From Torpedo marmorata (Eukaryota), in assembly GCA_977017645.1 (NCBI GenBank), contig OZ360247.1, forward strand, positions 51,088,001 to 51,152,000: a DNA stretch of 64,000 bases, given 5' to 3'. A program made the translations under genes and the position numbers. This document shows, in pieces, positions 34,640-47,833 of this stretch; positions within the stretch are counted from its first letter, which is position 1; each line of letters starts with the position of its first letter. Below the pieces are notes generated by a model, which saw only the letters and a program-made list of their open reading frames with translations, was not told the DNA's origin and did no database searches.

Positions 34640-37297
34640 TCTTTTTCTTTTTCAATCTTTTTTATTGATTTTTATAAGAAATACAATACAATGAAGAAAA
34701 GGGAACAAAATTGAAAATACAATATCACATATGTATATATATTAAAATAAAACTTTAAACAGTATAAATTCGATCCCCCCTCCACTGCAATAGGTGACAA
34801 TGAAAAAAAACCATCAAAAGTATTATATATATATTAAAAAAAACACCTAACCTACTCTAATAAAAAAAAACCAACTAACAAAAAACAGCTGAGCAGCTTA
34901 TCCTGAAGGTTATATATATTTTGTAATTTTTGGTTCCTACCGTAAATCAAAAAACAAAGGAAGAGTAAATACATCTAATCACATTAGAAACACTTACATC
35001 ATATGAAAATAAGACATAAAAGGTCTCCATGTATCTTCAAATTGCACCGATGAATCAAATACATGATATCTAATTTTTTCTAAGCTTAAACAAGACATAA
35101 TATGAGAAAACCATTGAAACACTGTTGGAGGTCTAGAGTCTTTCCATTTGAATAGGATGGCTCTTCTAGCCAACAATGTAGAGAAGGCCACAACCCGTTG
35201 AACAGGTACAGAAAAACTCTCTATGTCTGGGTCAATAACCCCGAAAAGAGCAGTTATTGGATTGGGTCGTAGCTCCACCTGGAGTTTTCTAACGATGAAC
35301 AAGACCAAAACATATGTGTCAATGTAGCAATTTCAGATTTGCATCTGTCACAAATAGGGTTAATAATAGAAAAAATACTAGCCAATTTATCTTTGGACAT
35401 GTGAACACGATGCACCACTTTGAATTGGATTAATGAATGTCGGGCACATATAGAAGATGTATTTACCAATTTTAAAATCTTGTCCTATAGATCCTCAGAT
35501 AAGGGTCTTGTAAGTTCCAGTTCCCAAACCTTTTTAATCTTATCATGAAGTACTGGATGTAATTTTAATAATCTATCATATATAATTCCAATTAATCCTT
35601 TCTGAGAAGGATTCAATTGAAAAATATTATCAACTAAATCTGGTGGATATATAAATGGAAAATCCCGTAATATGATATTTAAGAAATTTCTAATCTGTAA
35701 ATATCTAAAAAAAATGAGTATTTGGTAAGTCATATTTACTTGCAAGCTGTTCAAAAGACATTAAACAACCTTCCTTAAATAATTTTGCAAAAGAAACAAT
35801 ACCTTTGATTTTCCATATAGAGAAAAAAGATCTGACTGAATGTACTTCCTATAGGCCAATTTCTTTGTTGAATGTAGATTTTCAAGATTCAAGATTCAAT
35901 TTATTGTCATAGCAATAAGACAGTGTCATATACCACAAAATTTCTTTTTTTGCCTGCTGCAAGGCAGACAGATTCGCCACCGGCAGAAATTGCCTAAGCG
36001 CCTCTAACATTCCTTACAGTCAGAGAAAGAGAAGCAAAAGAGAGTCCCCCCAGAGTCACCGAGTGTCCATAGATTCGCCTCCAGCGCTTCCACAGCCACA
36101 CAGAGACCAGTCCAAACGATCGGCATCCCGAGCTCCAGATCCGAACCTCCAACACGGTCAGGACGCCCTCGGCACCCCTCACATCCCGGTTCCGATACCT
36201 GGTACTCCTCCAGCCAGTTCGAGCCAACCTCCAGCAGTCCGCAGCCCGGCGTGAGTCCCCCCGACAGCAGTCTCCAACAGCCCACAGCCTCCGCGGGTTC
36301 CTCGCCTCAAGTCGCCAGCAGCCCGCCACATGCACTGGTCCTTCAGCCTCAGAGCCCCTCACCGGTCCGCCGCTGTGCTCACCATCCCGTGGGTCGTCTC
36401 CTCCACTTCTCCTTCTCAGACGGGGGTGATCTTCCCGTCTACTGGTGCCCTGCTCCAGTCCCCTGCTTCCCCGGAGTCTGCAGCCCCTCGTGGCTGCTGC
36501 CGATTAATAGGCGCTGCCATCTTGGGCGCAGACCCCGCGGTCGCGGGATCTCAAATAAAACCACCGTCGGCTCCTTTAACGGGCCGTTCAAAGCCCGTGC
36601 GGAACCGACGGCAGTCGACTGGGTGGTTGGACCCCGCGGGAGAGCTGTATCTCTGCTCCCTGCGGGTCCGCACCAGCGGCAGCGCTGCCTCTACAGCGGC
36701 TCTGGCAGCACCGCCATTTCCATAGATTCGAGCTGGCAAGTTGGAAAATATTCTTTCTTCTGTTATATCTAAAGATCAGACTGGATTTATTAAAAATCGA
36801 TATTCACATTTCAACATCCGTAGATTAATGAATATTATTTATTCCCCTTCGGACACAATTCCAGAATGTGTAGTTTCTCTGGATGCAGAAAAGGCTTTTG
36901 ACAGAGTTGAGTGGAGCTATTTATTTGAAAAATTAAGGAGATTTAATTTTGGTATGGGTTTTATATCATGGATTAAATTGATCTATAGTACCCCCTTAGC
37001 TATGGTTGTTACTAATAATAACAAATCCTCCTCATTTAAGTTGTTTAGGGGAACTAGACAGGGATGTCCCCTTAGCCCCCTGTTATTTGATCTAGTTTTA
37101 GAACCTCTGGCAATAGCCCTTAGAGACTCTCATGAGGTTCAAGGGATTGCCAGAGACGGAGGAACTCATAAGGTTTCTTTGTATGCAGATGACTTATTCG
37201 TTTATATTTCAGATCCCGAAAGATCTATCCCAGTTATGTTATCTGTGTTTTCTGAATTCAGCTCTTTCTCTGGATATAAATTAAACCTTCATAAAAG
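34640..37297 (-). mobile_element. L1-clade LINE, 5'-truncated with an inverted RT segment, interrupted by a younger insertion
   Basis: Minus strand 34640-35825: ORF2 C-terminus with CDRC...HMFWSC zinc finger and A-rich tail. Plus strand 35825-35882 (SYRPISLLNVD) and 36741-37297 (QTGF...LDAEKAFDRVEW...GTRQGCPLSP...YADD). Confidence 0.85.
35883..36721 (-). mobile_element. Non-coding GC-rich non-autonomous retroposon (related copy at ~40298-41085)
   Basis: Interrupts the L1 RT. Minus strand starts GAAATGGCGG and ends AATAAATTGAATCTTGAATCTTG. A second diverged copy exists. Confidence 0.7.
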
Positions 37298-37574
37298 TCA
37301 GACGCGGTCTTATGGTTGGCGTAGCGGTTAGCGCAATGCCTTTACAGCGCCAGCGATTGGGACCAGGGTTCGAATCCCGCGCTGTCTGTAAGGAGTTTGT
37401 ACGTTCTCCCCGTGTCTGCATGGGTTTTCCCCGGGGGCTCCGGTTTCCTTCCACTGTTCGAAACGTACCGGGGGTGTAAGTTAATTGGGTGTAAATTGGG
37501 CGGCACAGACTCGAGGGCCGAAATGGCCTGTTACCGTGCTGTATGTCTAAATTTAAATTTAAGATGTAGGAGCA

Positions 37575-38375
37575 TAGAAACATAGAGCATTACAGCACAG
37601 AAACAGGCCCTTCGGCCCTTCTAGTCTCTGCCGAACTATTATTCTGCCTAGTCCCACTGACCTGAACCCAGTCCATAGCCCTCCATACCCCTCCCATCCA
37701 TGTACCTGTCCAAATTCTTCTTAAATGTTAAAATTGAGTCTGCATTCACCACTTCAGCTGGCAGCTCGTTCCACGCCCCCACCACTCTCTGTGTGAAGTA
37801 GTTCTCCCTAATGTTCCCCTTAAACTTCTCACCTTTCACCCTTAACCCATGTCCTCTGGTTTGTATCTCACCTACCCTAAGAGGAAAAAGCCGACGTACA
37901 TTTACTCTGTCTATACCCCTCATAATTTTTAAATACCTCTATCAAATCTCCCCTCATTCTTCTACGCTCTAGGGAATAAAGTCCTAACCTGTGTAATCTT
38001 TCCCTGTAACTCAGTTCCTGAAGTCCGAGCAACATTCTGGTAAATCTTCTCTGCACTCTTTCTATCTTATTGATATCTTTCCTGTAGTTAGGTGACCAAA
38101 ACTGCACACAATACTCCAAATTTGGCCTCACCACTGTCTTGTACAACTTTACCATAACTTCCCAACTCCTATACTCAATACTTTGATTTATGAAGGCCAA
38201 GATGCCAAAAGCTCTCTCTGAATAGCAGAAATAGGCTATTCAGCCCATCGAGTCTGCCCCACCATTGAATCATGAGCTGATCCATTTTCCCACTCAGCCC
38301 CACTGCCCGGCCTTCTCCCCATAACCTTTGATGCCCTGGCTAATCAAGAACCTATCAATCTCTGTTTTAAATACC
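37575..38375 (-). mobile_element. CR1 LINE 3' fragments
   Basis: LYKTVVRPNLEYCVQFWSP...ERVQRRFTRM and a 3' UTR; a near-identical subfamily copy lies at 58915-59432. Confidence 0.88.
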
Positions 38376-38589
38376 GGGGATCGAATCCACCACTTTCTGT
38401 AAGGAGTTTGCATGTTCTCCCCATAACACCTCATCTGGAAGACAGCACTTCTGTTGTTAGGGATCCTCCCTCAACACTGCCGTGGGATGAGCGCAGCTGA
38501 AATTATGCACCAGCATCTCTTAGAACGTTGCTCGTACACACCACCTCCCAACTGAGATGTAAGAGTCTTTCCTGCAAATCAGTTTCTTT

Positions 38590-39075
38590 TTCCAAAAATG
38601 AACTTTATTCATGATTATATTTTTACAAATGGAAAACCGTTCAAAATCCTTGTCACATCCACAGTGTCATATCAATACATTTCCATCAATGCACATTGTT
38701 ATGTATGTTCTCTATTTAGCACTATTGCCACCACTGTGGTACCTTGTCATTTCTCCCAACTCTGCTCACCCCCCAGACTCAGCCCCTCAATGTCCAGTGA
38801 CGGGAGGACTCTAGATTGTGGTTCTTCCCCACAGCGCCCTCTCGTTGGCTGCACCAAGCCTCAGTGCGTCCCTCAGCACGTACTCCTACAGCCTGGTATG
38901 TGCCAGTCAGCAGCATTCCCTCACTGACGTCTGCGTGTGCTGGAAGACCAACAAGTTTCGGGCAGACCAAAGGGAGTCTTTCACCGAGTTGATGATCTTC
39001 CAACAGTTCTGGGTGTCTGTCTCTGCGTGTGTCCACGGAAACAGCCTGTAATCAGTGCCTCGGTTTCACCTTGTC
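38590..39075 (-). mobile_element. Tx1-like LINE 3' end
   Basis: Minus-strand translation CWKIINSVKDSLWSARNLLVFQH...EYVLRDALRLG, then an A-rich tail. Confidence 0.65.
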
Positions 39076-42000
39076 AATATTCAGAGTGTCCTCTGTGAAT
39101 GAATGTTAAAGAAATCAGAATCAGAATTTATTGTCATGAACATATCGCAAAATTCATTGTTTTGCAGCAGCATCACAGTGCAAACATTGCTATAAATTAC
39201 ATTAAAAAATAAAGAAATTAGTGCAAAAATAAGAGAAAGTGAGGTAGTGTCTGTGGTTCATTGTCTAATCAAATAATCTGATGGCAGAGGGGAAGAAGCT
39301 GTTCATCTTCAGGCTCCTGTACCTTTTTCCCGATGGTAGCAGAGTGAAGAGGGTATGGCCTGGGTGGTGGGGGTCCTTGAGGATAGAGGCTGCTTTCTTA
39401 AGACACCGCCTCATGTAGATGTCCTCGATGGAGTGGAGACTGGTGCTCGTGATGGCACTGGCCTAGTTCACAACTCTCATTTTTTTCTTGTCCTGTTCAT
39501 CGGTACCTCCATACCAGACAGTGAAGCAACCAGTCAGAATGCTCTCCTCGGTACACCTGTAGAAATTTGCAAGTTTTTTGGTGGGACGTACCAAATCTCC
39601 TCAAACTCCTCACTAAGTGTAACCGCTGGCGAGCCTTCATGATTGCATCGACATGCAGGCCCCAGGAGAGGTCTTCAGCAATGTTGACACCCAGGAAGCA
39701 TGCATAATGGTCGCAAAACCCCAATAAAATGACTTATTGTTGAATAGCAGTCCCTGCCGAGTATTGTTTAAAGAGAAGGTTTGAGAAATAAAAGCAGATT
39801 GATCAGTAACAGATAAAAGGACAAGGATTCACATCAAAGCTATTTCCCAATTGGACGTCTTTTAAATATTGATCAACAAATGATCGGTGTAGAGAAGAGG
39901 ATTGAGTGCTGAAACATCCACTGGTTACAATGAACAAAACATCTTTGACCAAAATGAGAAAACAATGGAGCAGGACACAAAAACGGGCTGGATTTACACT
40001 AGAAAGGCAGGGTGTCCACTCCAGTGTCTGTTTAATCATTGATCAACTTAACGAGCAGGCTTATCCTGCACTGTGCAGTGCCCTCTCTCTGCTGAACAGA
40101 AGCTGTAAATTTTAGCTGCTTCAGTGCAATGTCAAATTAGATGTTTTTAGTGTCCAGCCCATAAAGGGCTGTCAGTAATTTAGAATGATGAATCAAAGGA
40201 GATCCTTTTGCTTCCAGTTAGTTAACTATTTATTAACGGTTCTGATAACGCATAAGAGCAAAATGCTGCAGATGCTGAACATCTACAGATACAGATGCTA
40301 TTTATTGTCATGTAATAAAACAGAAATGTAATATTACACGAAGTTGCCTATAGTCTGCAATAAGGCAGACAAAAACTCGCCATTAGCAATGCCCGGCACC
40401 GCTGACAGTCCAAGAAAGAGAAGCACGAGTTCCCTAAGAGTCAATGAGTGTCCGTGGATTTGCCTTCAGCGCTCCCACGGCCTCTGCAGCTGCACAAGAC
40501 TCCAATTCATTTCAAACCATTGGCAACCCGAGCCCAGATCCAAACCTCCGACACGATGAGGAAGCCTTCAGCGCACAAGGCCCTTCGGGAACCCATCTTG
40601 CCCTCAGCACCCTCTCGAATCCCATTCCGAAACCTGGTTTTCATGAGCCGGTCTCCAGCAGCCCGCTGCCTGGTGTGTGTCCTTTGACTTCAAGTTGCCA
40701 GCAGCCCGCGGCCTGTGTGGGTTCCTCGCCCGCAAGTCGCCAACAGCTCGCCGCCTGTGTGTGTCCTTCAGCTGCAGAGCACCTCGCTGCTCCGCCACCG
40801 TGGTCACTGTCCTTAGGGTCATCTCCTCTTCTTCTCCTTCTCAACAGGGGGGGAGAGGGGGGTGTTCTCCCTGTTACTGGTGCCCTGCCCTGGTCCGCTG
40901 CTCCCCCGGAGTCTGCAACCCCTTGTGGTTGCTGCCGAACACAGGCGACGCCAACTTAGGCACAGACCCACAGTCGCAGGAACAGGCCACTTAAAGCCTG
41001 ATTGGAGCCGTCAGTAGTAGAACTGGGTGGTAGGACCCCCGTAGGAGAGCGCTGTGTCTCCGCTCCCCACTCTCCGGGGGTCTGAAGTGAAAACAGAAAT
41101 TCTCAACAGGTCAGGCAGCATTTGAGAAAGAGAAACAGAACTTTTACTATAATTATTCAATTACCAATCAATGTAGTTAGTTAGTCCAGTTACCATGTGA
41201 TGCATTGGTTATGGTAGTTATTTTGCTCATCATGCAATATCAACTTGATTTCCAAACAGTGAATTCAGTGATAGAGTTAATATGGTTACCAGTAGTGAAT
41301 CCATTTGGTTTGCTTTGTGCAGTTACTGGTTGTGTAATTAGTTATATGTGGGAGTCTCATTTGGTTACTGCAGTTAGATCCTTTACTGTGTAGTATCAGC
41401 TGATGTTACTATTAGTAAATTGTAAAGCAGTGTTATCAGTTATAGATGTGAGTGGTTACTGGGCCATGTATTCTGTGATGTTATGTTAGTTTGATAGTTG
41501 TACAGTCAGCAGTTATTGTAGTTAATCTGCCTCCCCTGAAGTGTGATCTATTGCTGCAAATAGTGCAGTTACCAGGTGATTTTAGCAGTTGCTGTGCTGT
41601 TCTTTTTTTAAATGTTAACGATACAGCACGGTAGAAGGCCCTTCCGGCTCATTGAAACCCATTTACATCCAATTATCCTCCCAATCCTGTACGTTTTGGA
41701 GGGTGGGAGGAAACCGGAGCACCCGGAGAAAACCCACGTAGGTCATGGGAGAACGTACAAACTCTTTACATACAGCGCCGGATTCGAATCCGGGTCACTG
41801 GCGCTGTAACTGCGTTGTGCTAACTGCTACGATAACCGGCTGTTCTAAATTAGGTGACTTAAGCACAGGTTGGTGGCATAACATGGCTTTCAATTTGACA
41901 AATGCTTCCTGACAACCTGTCGACCATACAAATTTTTCTCCCTTTCGAAGCAAATTTGTGAGAGGGAGCGCAAGATCAGCAAAGTTTTTACAAAACTTGC

Positions 42001-43978
42001 GGTAGTAGCCAATCATTCCCAGGAACCTCCTCAGAGTTTTCTTACCAGTTGGAACAGGGAACTTGGAAATAGTCACAACCTTGGCCTCTACTGGCGCCAA
42101 CTGCCCCTGTCCTACTACATAACCCAGATAATTAACAGTCCCATGACCCTCTCTGAAACTGGTTTTATCTGTCTCCTCCTTACCCCGGTCAATAACCAGT
42201 ACCTCTGGTAAATGTTCAGTCCCTTTTTGCGGCACCTGTTCAAAATATGGCTTAATCATATTCACATGACAGACCTGTGTGTCTCGTCTGCGATTAGGTG
42301 TTTCTATGACATAGGTGACCTCATTAATTTTAGACTTAACTCTATAGGATCCTGAAAATCTAGCCCTAAGAGGATTTAAATGTGTGGGAAACAGAACTAA
42401 TATGTTCTCACCAGGTTTAAAAGTTCTCATCTCAGCCTTTCGATCATACCAAACCTTCATTCTCTGTTGAATGGCCTTTAAATTCCCCTTTGCCATATCA
42501 CAAGCCCTATGCAACCGATCCTTAAATTTGGAAACATAATCTAACAGAATTAAATGCACATCACTATTAATCCACTGTTCTTTTAATAATCTTAAAGGAC
42601 CTCTCACCTCATGTCCGAAAACTAACTCGAATGGACTAAAACCAAGTGATTCTTGGACAGACTCCCTCGCTGCAAATAACAACAAATGAACCCCCTCATC
42701 CCAATCCTTTTCCTTCTCACAACAATAGGTTCATCATGTTTTTCAAAGTTGAATGGAACCTCTCCAAGGCCCCTTGACTTTCTGGATGGTACGCAGAGGA
42801 TACAATCTGTTTAACTCCCAGTCTATCAACCACTTGTTGGAAAACGCCTGACATGAAATTACTGCCCTGATCTGATTGAATTTCCCTTGGCAAACCTACC
42901 AAGGTGAAAAACTTTACCATAGCCTTTACAATTACTTTTGCTTTAATATTTCTCAGAGGAATGACCTCTGGAAATCTGGTGGATGCACACATAATTGTTA
43001 ACAAATACTCATTCCCCACTTTGGTTTTGGGCAATGGGTCAACACAGTCCACAATTACTCTCGAGAAAGGCTCACTGAAAGCAGGCATAGGTTGCAAGGG
43101 TGCCACCGGGGGACCCTGATTAGGTTTACCCACCACCTGACAAGTGTGACAGGCCCGGCAAAAGCTTACAACCTCCCTTCTCAAACTGGGCCAATAAAAT
43201 TGTTTCATTATTTTCAGTATAGTTTTCTTCACCCCAAGGTGACCACCTCAGGGTGTGCTATGAGCCAAAGTTATTATTTCGTCCGTATACACTTTAGGGA
43301 TCACTACCTGCTGCACTACTGCCCATTCTTCACTGGCAGGAACATCACATGGTCTCCACTTTCTCATCAACACCCCATCTTTTTCATAATAACCCACTGG
43401 CACCTTCTTAATCTCCTCTTCAGAGAGAACCTAATCCCTCACCTCAGCAAGATCAGGATCATCCTTTTGCCTTGCTATTAGCTCCTGTCGGCATAGTGAC
43501 AAATCTGTGCCTTTAGGTGTCTTATCAGTGGATGGGTGTAATACAGGAGATTTCTCAACCTTTTCCAGGTGTTTTTAATTATCACCGACTTTTCTTTCAC
43601 CTATTTATTTTCCACTGCCTTCTCTACAGTGACATTTTTCTTAGACATGGCCCTGGTTATGGCACATGCCGGATAAATATCAGAGTCCTTCTCTGACTTA
43701 TCAATGACTGACTTAGTGGTCATTCGCACTGCAGGAACTACTTTACCCTCAGCCAAGTCATTGCCTAGCAACAGTGAGATTCCTTCTTCTGGCAACTCTG
43801 ATCTCACTCCTATTATAACAGGTCCTTCCACCAAGGCTGAGTCCAACACTATTTTGTGCAAAGGAATGGACTCAACATCACCCCCAATTCCTTTAATTAA
43901 ATTCATTTCACCGGTGTCAGTAGCTTCACAAAATTCCAAGACACTATCTAACACAAGTGACTGAGCAGCTCCAGTATC

Positions 43979-45250
43979 TCAGAAGATTTTCACTGGAACT
44001 TGCTTTGCTCCTGCCTTAACTGAAACAAAACCATCAGTCACAAAAGGTTTAAATACATCCCTAACTTTGTCAGCAAATTTGTCTCCTTCCTGGGTGTTAT
44101 GCCTCTTCTCACTCTGAATACAAGCATTAGGTGTTGCATCCTTTTCTCTCTTCTTTTTCAACACTGGACAGCTTGCTAGCATATGACCAGCCTTCCTACA
44201 GTAGTGGCAAATGGGACCCAAAGGGTTTTCCCTTTTGCACTTCCCTTCTTCTCTCTCCTTAACAACACTTCCAAATTTACTTTCCACTTGTTTGGGATTA
44301 TCCACAGTTTGGAAAATTCTGCCTGACGTCCACTTAGGCTTGTCGGTTAAAGCATATTCATCTGCTAATTTACCTGAATTTTGCCAAGTTTTCACCTCCT
44401 TTTCATCTAAGTATGCCTTAATATCCTCAGGAACACACTTTTTTATCTCCTCGATTATTATCAATTCTCTCAATTGATTGTAATCATTGTTTACCACCTT
44501 GGATGTGCACCACCGGTCAAAACATACAACCTTTTCATAGGCAAACTCTGTATAAGATTGGGTTGCTGATCTTTTTAAATTTCTAAACTTCTGTCTATAA
44601 GCCTCTGGAATTAACTCATAAACCTGGAGTATAGCCTTCTTCACCGTTTCATAATCAGTAGCTTTCTCCGTGGCAAGAGTAGAATAAGCTTGCTGAGCTT
44701 TTCCTTTAATTACACTTTGTAACATAAGAGACCATTGGTCTTGTGGCCATTTTAATTTCACAGCCACCTTCTCAAAATGTTGGAAGTACTTATCTATTTC
44801 TGCCTCCTCAAATGGAGGAACCAACCTAACTTCTCTACTGGCCAAAAACCTCTCAACAGGATGACGAATTTGATCTTGGTGCTCTTCTTGTCTCCTCTTA
44901 TTTTCCAACTTAATCTTTTCCAGCTCATATTGCCTAATTTTCTCCTCATTCTCTAATCTCTTTTGTTCCCTGGCTACCTCAAATTCCAATTTATTTTGTT
45001 CCAATTCCAATTTCTTTAGTTCCAACTGTATGTTTTCAGGTTTACCCTTGGGAAACTGCTCTAACACGCTCTCCTCAAACTTTTTTCCTTTTATATAGTA
45101 TTTGACAATTTTTCTCCCAATCTCTGCCTTTTTCATTGATGGTTTTACAGAAGCAATGCCAAACTCTGTTGCTATAGCCACTAACTGTTCCTTTTTAGCC
45201 TTTTTTAAAGTATCAGGTTCAGGTGATTCCAAAAATCTTTCTACATCCAT
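43979..45250 (-). pseudogene. Gypsy gag ORF (423 aa), terminated by a TGA at the expected Arg codon just before protease DTGA
   Basis: Coiled-coil, SCAN-like PEAYRQKFR and CCHC knuckle; DTGAAQS continues in frame after the stop. Confidence 0.85.
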
Positions 45251-45386
45251 TGTTGCTGGGGTTTTTTTTTGTTACACACACACTAGCTTTTAATTAGCTT
45301 TACAAAAGGAATGTCTTAAACCAGAATGGGATTCCTTCAATTACCAAGATGGATCTTGATTCAAATCCTGGGACGAGCCCCCAATT

Positions 45387-46231
45387 TGTTACAAACTCAA
45401 ACCAGCAACGACAGAAGACGCAATGCAAAAGGGGTAAAATTGAAATTTATATTTATTAAAGACAATTAAACATATAATTTCACAACAATTAACCCCACTA
45501 TAAATGTCTGTAAACACTATTCTTATCTAAAGAGTGTGTGTGTGTAAAGCCCAGACCATTACAGTCTGTGCCCAACCCTCATGTAAAAATGGAAAACCTT
45601 CCCCAAAACCCCCAGGTCAGTCATAAAACAAGTCAGTCCCAAAAATACAATCCACAAAAATTCACTATGTTCAGGGTCCAAATTCAGCTCTGTGTGCTGG
45701 CAAGAAGGACTTCTTCATGAACGTTGGAGAGAGACAATGACTGTTTAAGCTTACGAATGCTTGGCCTGCTTTTCTTCTCTGGTGACTTTCCCTTTTTGGT
45801 AGATTCACGAGGATTGCGACTCCAAATCCGTTTTGGATTGAGGCGTGTACTTGGATCTCACAGCCTGTCTCGCTGATCTCACGCTTGTTCTTCACAAAAG
45901 TTGTTTTAACTCAGGATTTTGCTGAGACAGGAGGCCATGTGCTATTCTCCCAGCCTTTTCCCCTGGGATGCACAAGCCTGGATTTGCTGTGTTCTCCAGC
46001 CTTTGCAACTCCAAACACAACTGAACCTCAATGCTTTTTGCAGAGGTTTGCACCTGCTTTTGCAAAAGTGCAACAAAGTATCTCTCCACAGTCTGTCTCT
46101 CTCTCTCTGTGAGTACAAGAAGTCCTGGGCAAGTTAACTCTTTCAGTACCTGGTCCCAGTGTATACTCCAGAAGACCTCATCCTTCCTGCTGACCGTCCG
46201 CAGTCCAAATGGTCAGTCATGGTCCATAACA
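45387..46231 (-). repeat. 5' LTR of the Gypsy element (845 bp)
   Basis: TG...CA inverted termini, adjacent PBS at 45365-45383; the outer end abuts the body of a split V-SINE. Confidence 0.85.
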
Positions 46232-46508
46232 GTACGTTCTCCCTGTGTCTGCGTAGGTTTTCCCCGGGTGCTCCAGTTTCCTCCCGCCCTTCAAAACATA
46301 TGGGGGTTGTAGGTTAAAACACAATGCTGGGGGTGTATTTGGGCAGCACGGGCTTGTGAGCTGGAAGTGCTTGTTACTGTGCTGTATGTCTAAATTTAAA
46401 ATTTAACACCACAAACTGCTGGAGAATCCCGGTGAGAAAGGCAGCAGGAGGAAAACAAAAAATCTGCAGATGCTGGGTTCTTGAGCAGTACACAAAAGTG
46501 CCGGAGAA

Positions 46509-47097
46509 TTACGAGGGTAAACTTTCCGCTGGACCCGCAGTTGTACCTTCTGGGAAATTTAATGGACATAAGCTATAAATTATCCAAATTTCAGATTCAA
46601 TTTGTAAAGATTGCTTTGTCCGTGGCAAAGAAATGTACAGCAATAACTTGGAAGTCCGACTCCCCCCTTCTCATCACTCGATGGACAGCAGAGATGCGCA
46701 GCTGATTTCCCATGGAGAAGATTACATATAACATCAGGAATAAATACGACTCATTTGTGAAGGTGTGGCAACCATATCTGGAATATATTGGGGCCCAGTT
46801 ATAAAAATAAACCCCAAGCTACAGTAAAATGTAATATATTAAAATCAATGGTCTGATGCCTCCAAAAATACAGGAAAAATAATGTAAGCACTGACGGTAC
46901 GTTTAGTTTTCCTTTCTTTTTATTTGTATATTTCTTTTTTTTTTTTAAGTCTTGTCTTATTTTTTTTTCTCTTTTTTTTGGTTGGGGAGGGAAGGGAAGT
47001 TTGATGATGATGTTGTATACAATTGAAAACTGTATGAATATGTTTATATTGTTAAAGTTTTTTGTGAAAAATTTAAAAAATAAAATATTCCATAGAA
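46509..47097 (+). mobile_element. L1 3' fragment inserted in a Penelope-like repeat
   Basis: FPLDPQLYLLG...AKKCTAITWKS...EKITY...KVWQPYLEY; TSD AAAAGTGCC(G/A)GAGAA at 46494-46508 and 47098-47112. Confidence 0.78.
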
Positions 47098-47656
47098 AAA
47101 AGTGCCAGAGAAACTCAGCTCACGAAGCATCCACAGGAAATAAAAGGCAGTTGACATTTCGGGCCTGAGCCAGGCAGCATCTGTGGAGGGAAGTGGACAG
47201 GGCGAGCAGCAGGGACCTCGTGTAATGTTGGGGGGTCTGGATGGAGGACGAGGAACACGAAGAATCGCTGATAGCGTGGCGGTTGGCAACATTGTTACAG
47301 CGCCAGCGACCCTGGTTTAAATCTGGCACTGTTTGAAAGGAGTTTGTACGTTCTCCCCGTGTCCACATGGGATTCCTCCGGGTGTTCCCGTTTCCTTCCA
47401 CCCTCCAAAGATGCACGGGGTTAGGGTCACATGGGTGTATTTGAGTGGCACGGGCTCGTTGGCCGGAAGGGCCTGTTACCGTGCTGTATCTCTAAATTAA
47501 ATTAAGTGGATCTGGTGGATTCCAAGAAGAATAACGGTCCTGAAACAAGGTTTTGATCCTAAAGGTCACCCATCCATGGACTCTCATTGGTTGGCGTGGT
47601 AACCGTGCTGTGTCACAGTTTGTTGAGTAATCACTGTGCATTTTCTGTTGCTTCAG

Positions 47657-47833
47657 GTGGCTCACTTGTCTGGCCCGATAAGACGCCCTTGAACTATTCA
47701 AATTGGGGTCCGGAAACGGATATGAGTTTAATGAGTCCCAACACCTGCTATTGGATCAGGAGCTACACCGGCATCTGGGGGACCAGTCCTTGCATCCCCG
47801 CCACGCTTGGCATCATCTGCAAAATGGCGAGAG
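47657..47833 (+). CDS. MRC2: MRC2 coding exon (end of CTLD8)
   Basis: Acceptor ttgcttcag, donor G|gtatga. Translates (G)GSLVWPDKTPLNYSNWGPETDMSLMSPNTCYWIRSYTGIWGTSPCIPATLGIICKMAR. Phase 1 to 1. Confidence 0.92.

Larger units (their letters stand above)
41839..46231 (-). mobile_element. Decayed Gmr1-like Gypsy LTR retrotransposon (5' LTR, gag, PR, INT, partial RT)
   Basis: LTR 45387-46231 (TGTTA...TAACA); PBS TGGGGGCTCGTCC (tRNA-Pro type); gag with CHYCRKAGHMLASC knuckle; protease *DTGA; integrase CHTCQ..VIVDC..IQSDQGSNF..ERFH lies upstream of an RT thumb remnant (YLGYVVGQG, LRRFLGMIGYYRKF). Confidence 0.92.

Noticed and set aside
45365-45383. Gammaretroviral ERV suggested by the tRNA-Pro PBS
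   Set aside because: The gag, integrase and domain order are Gypsy/Gmr1-type, and there is no env.
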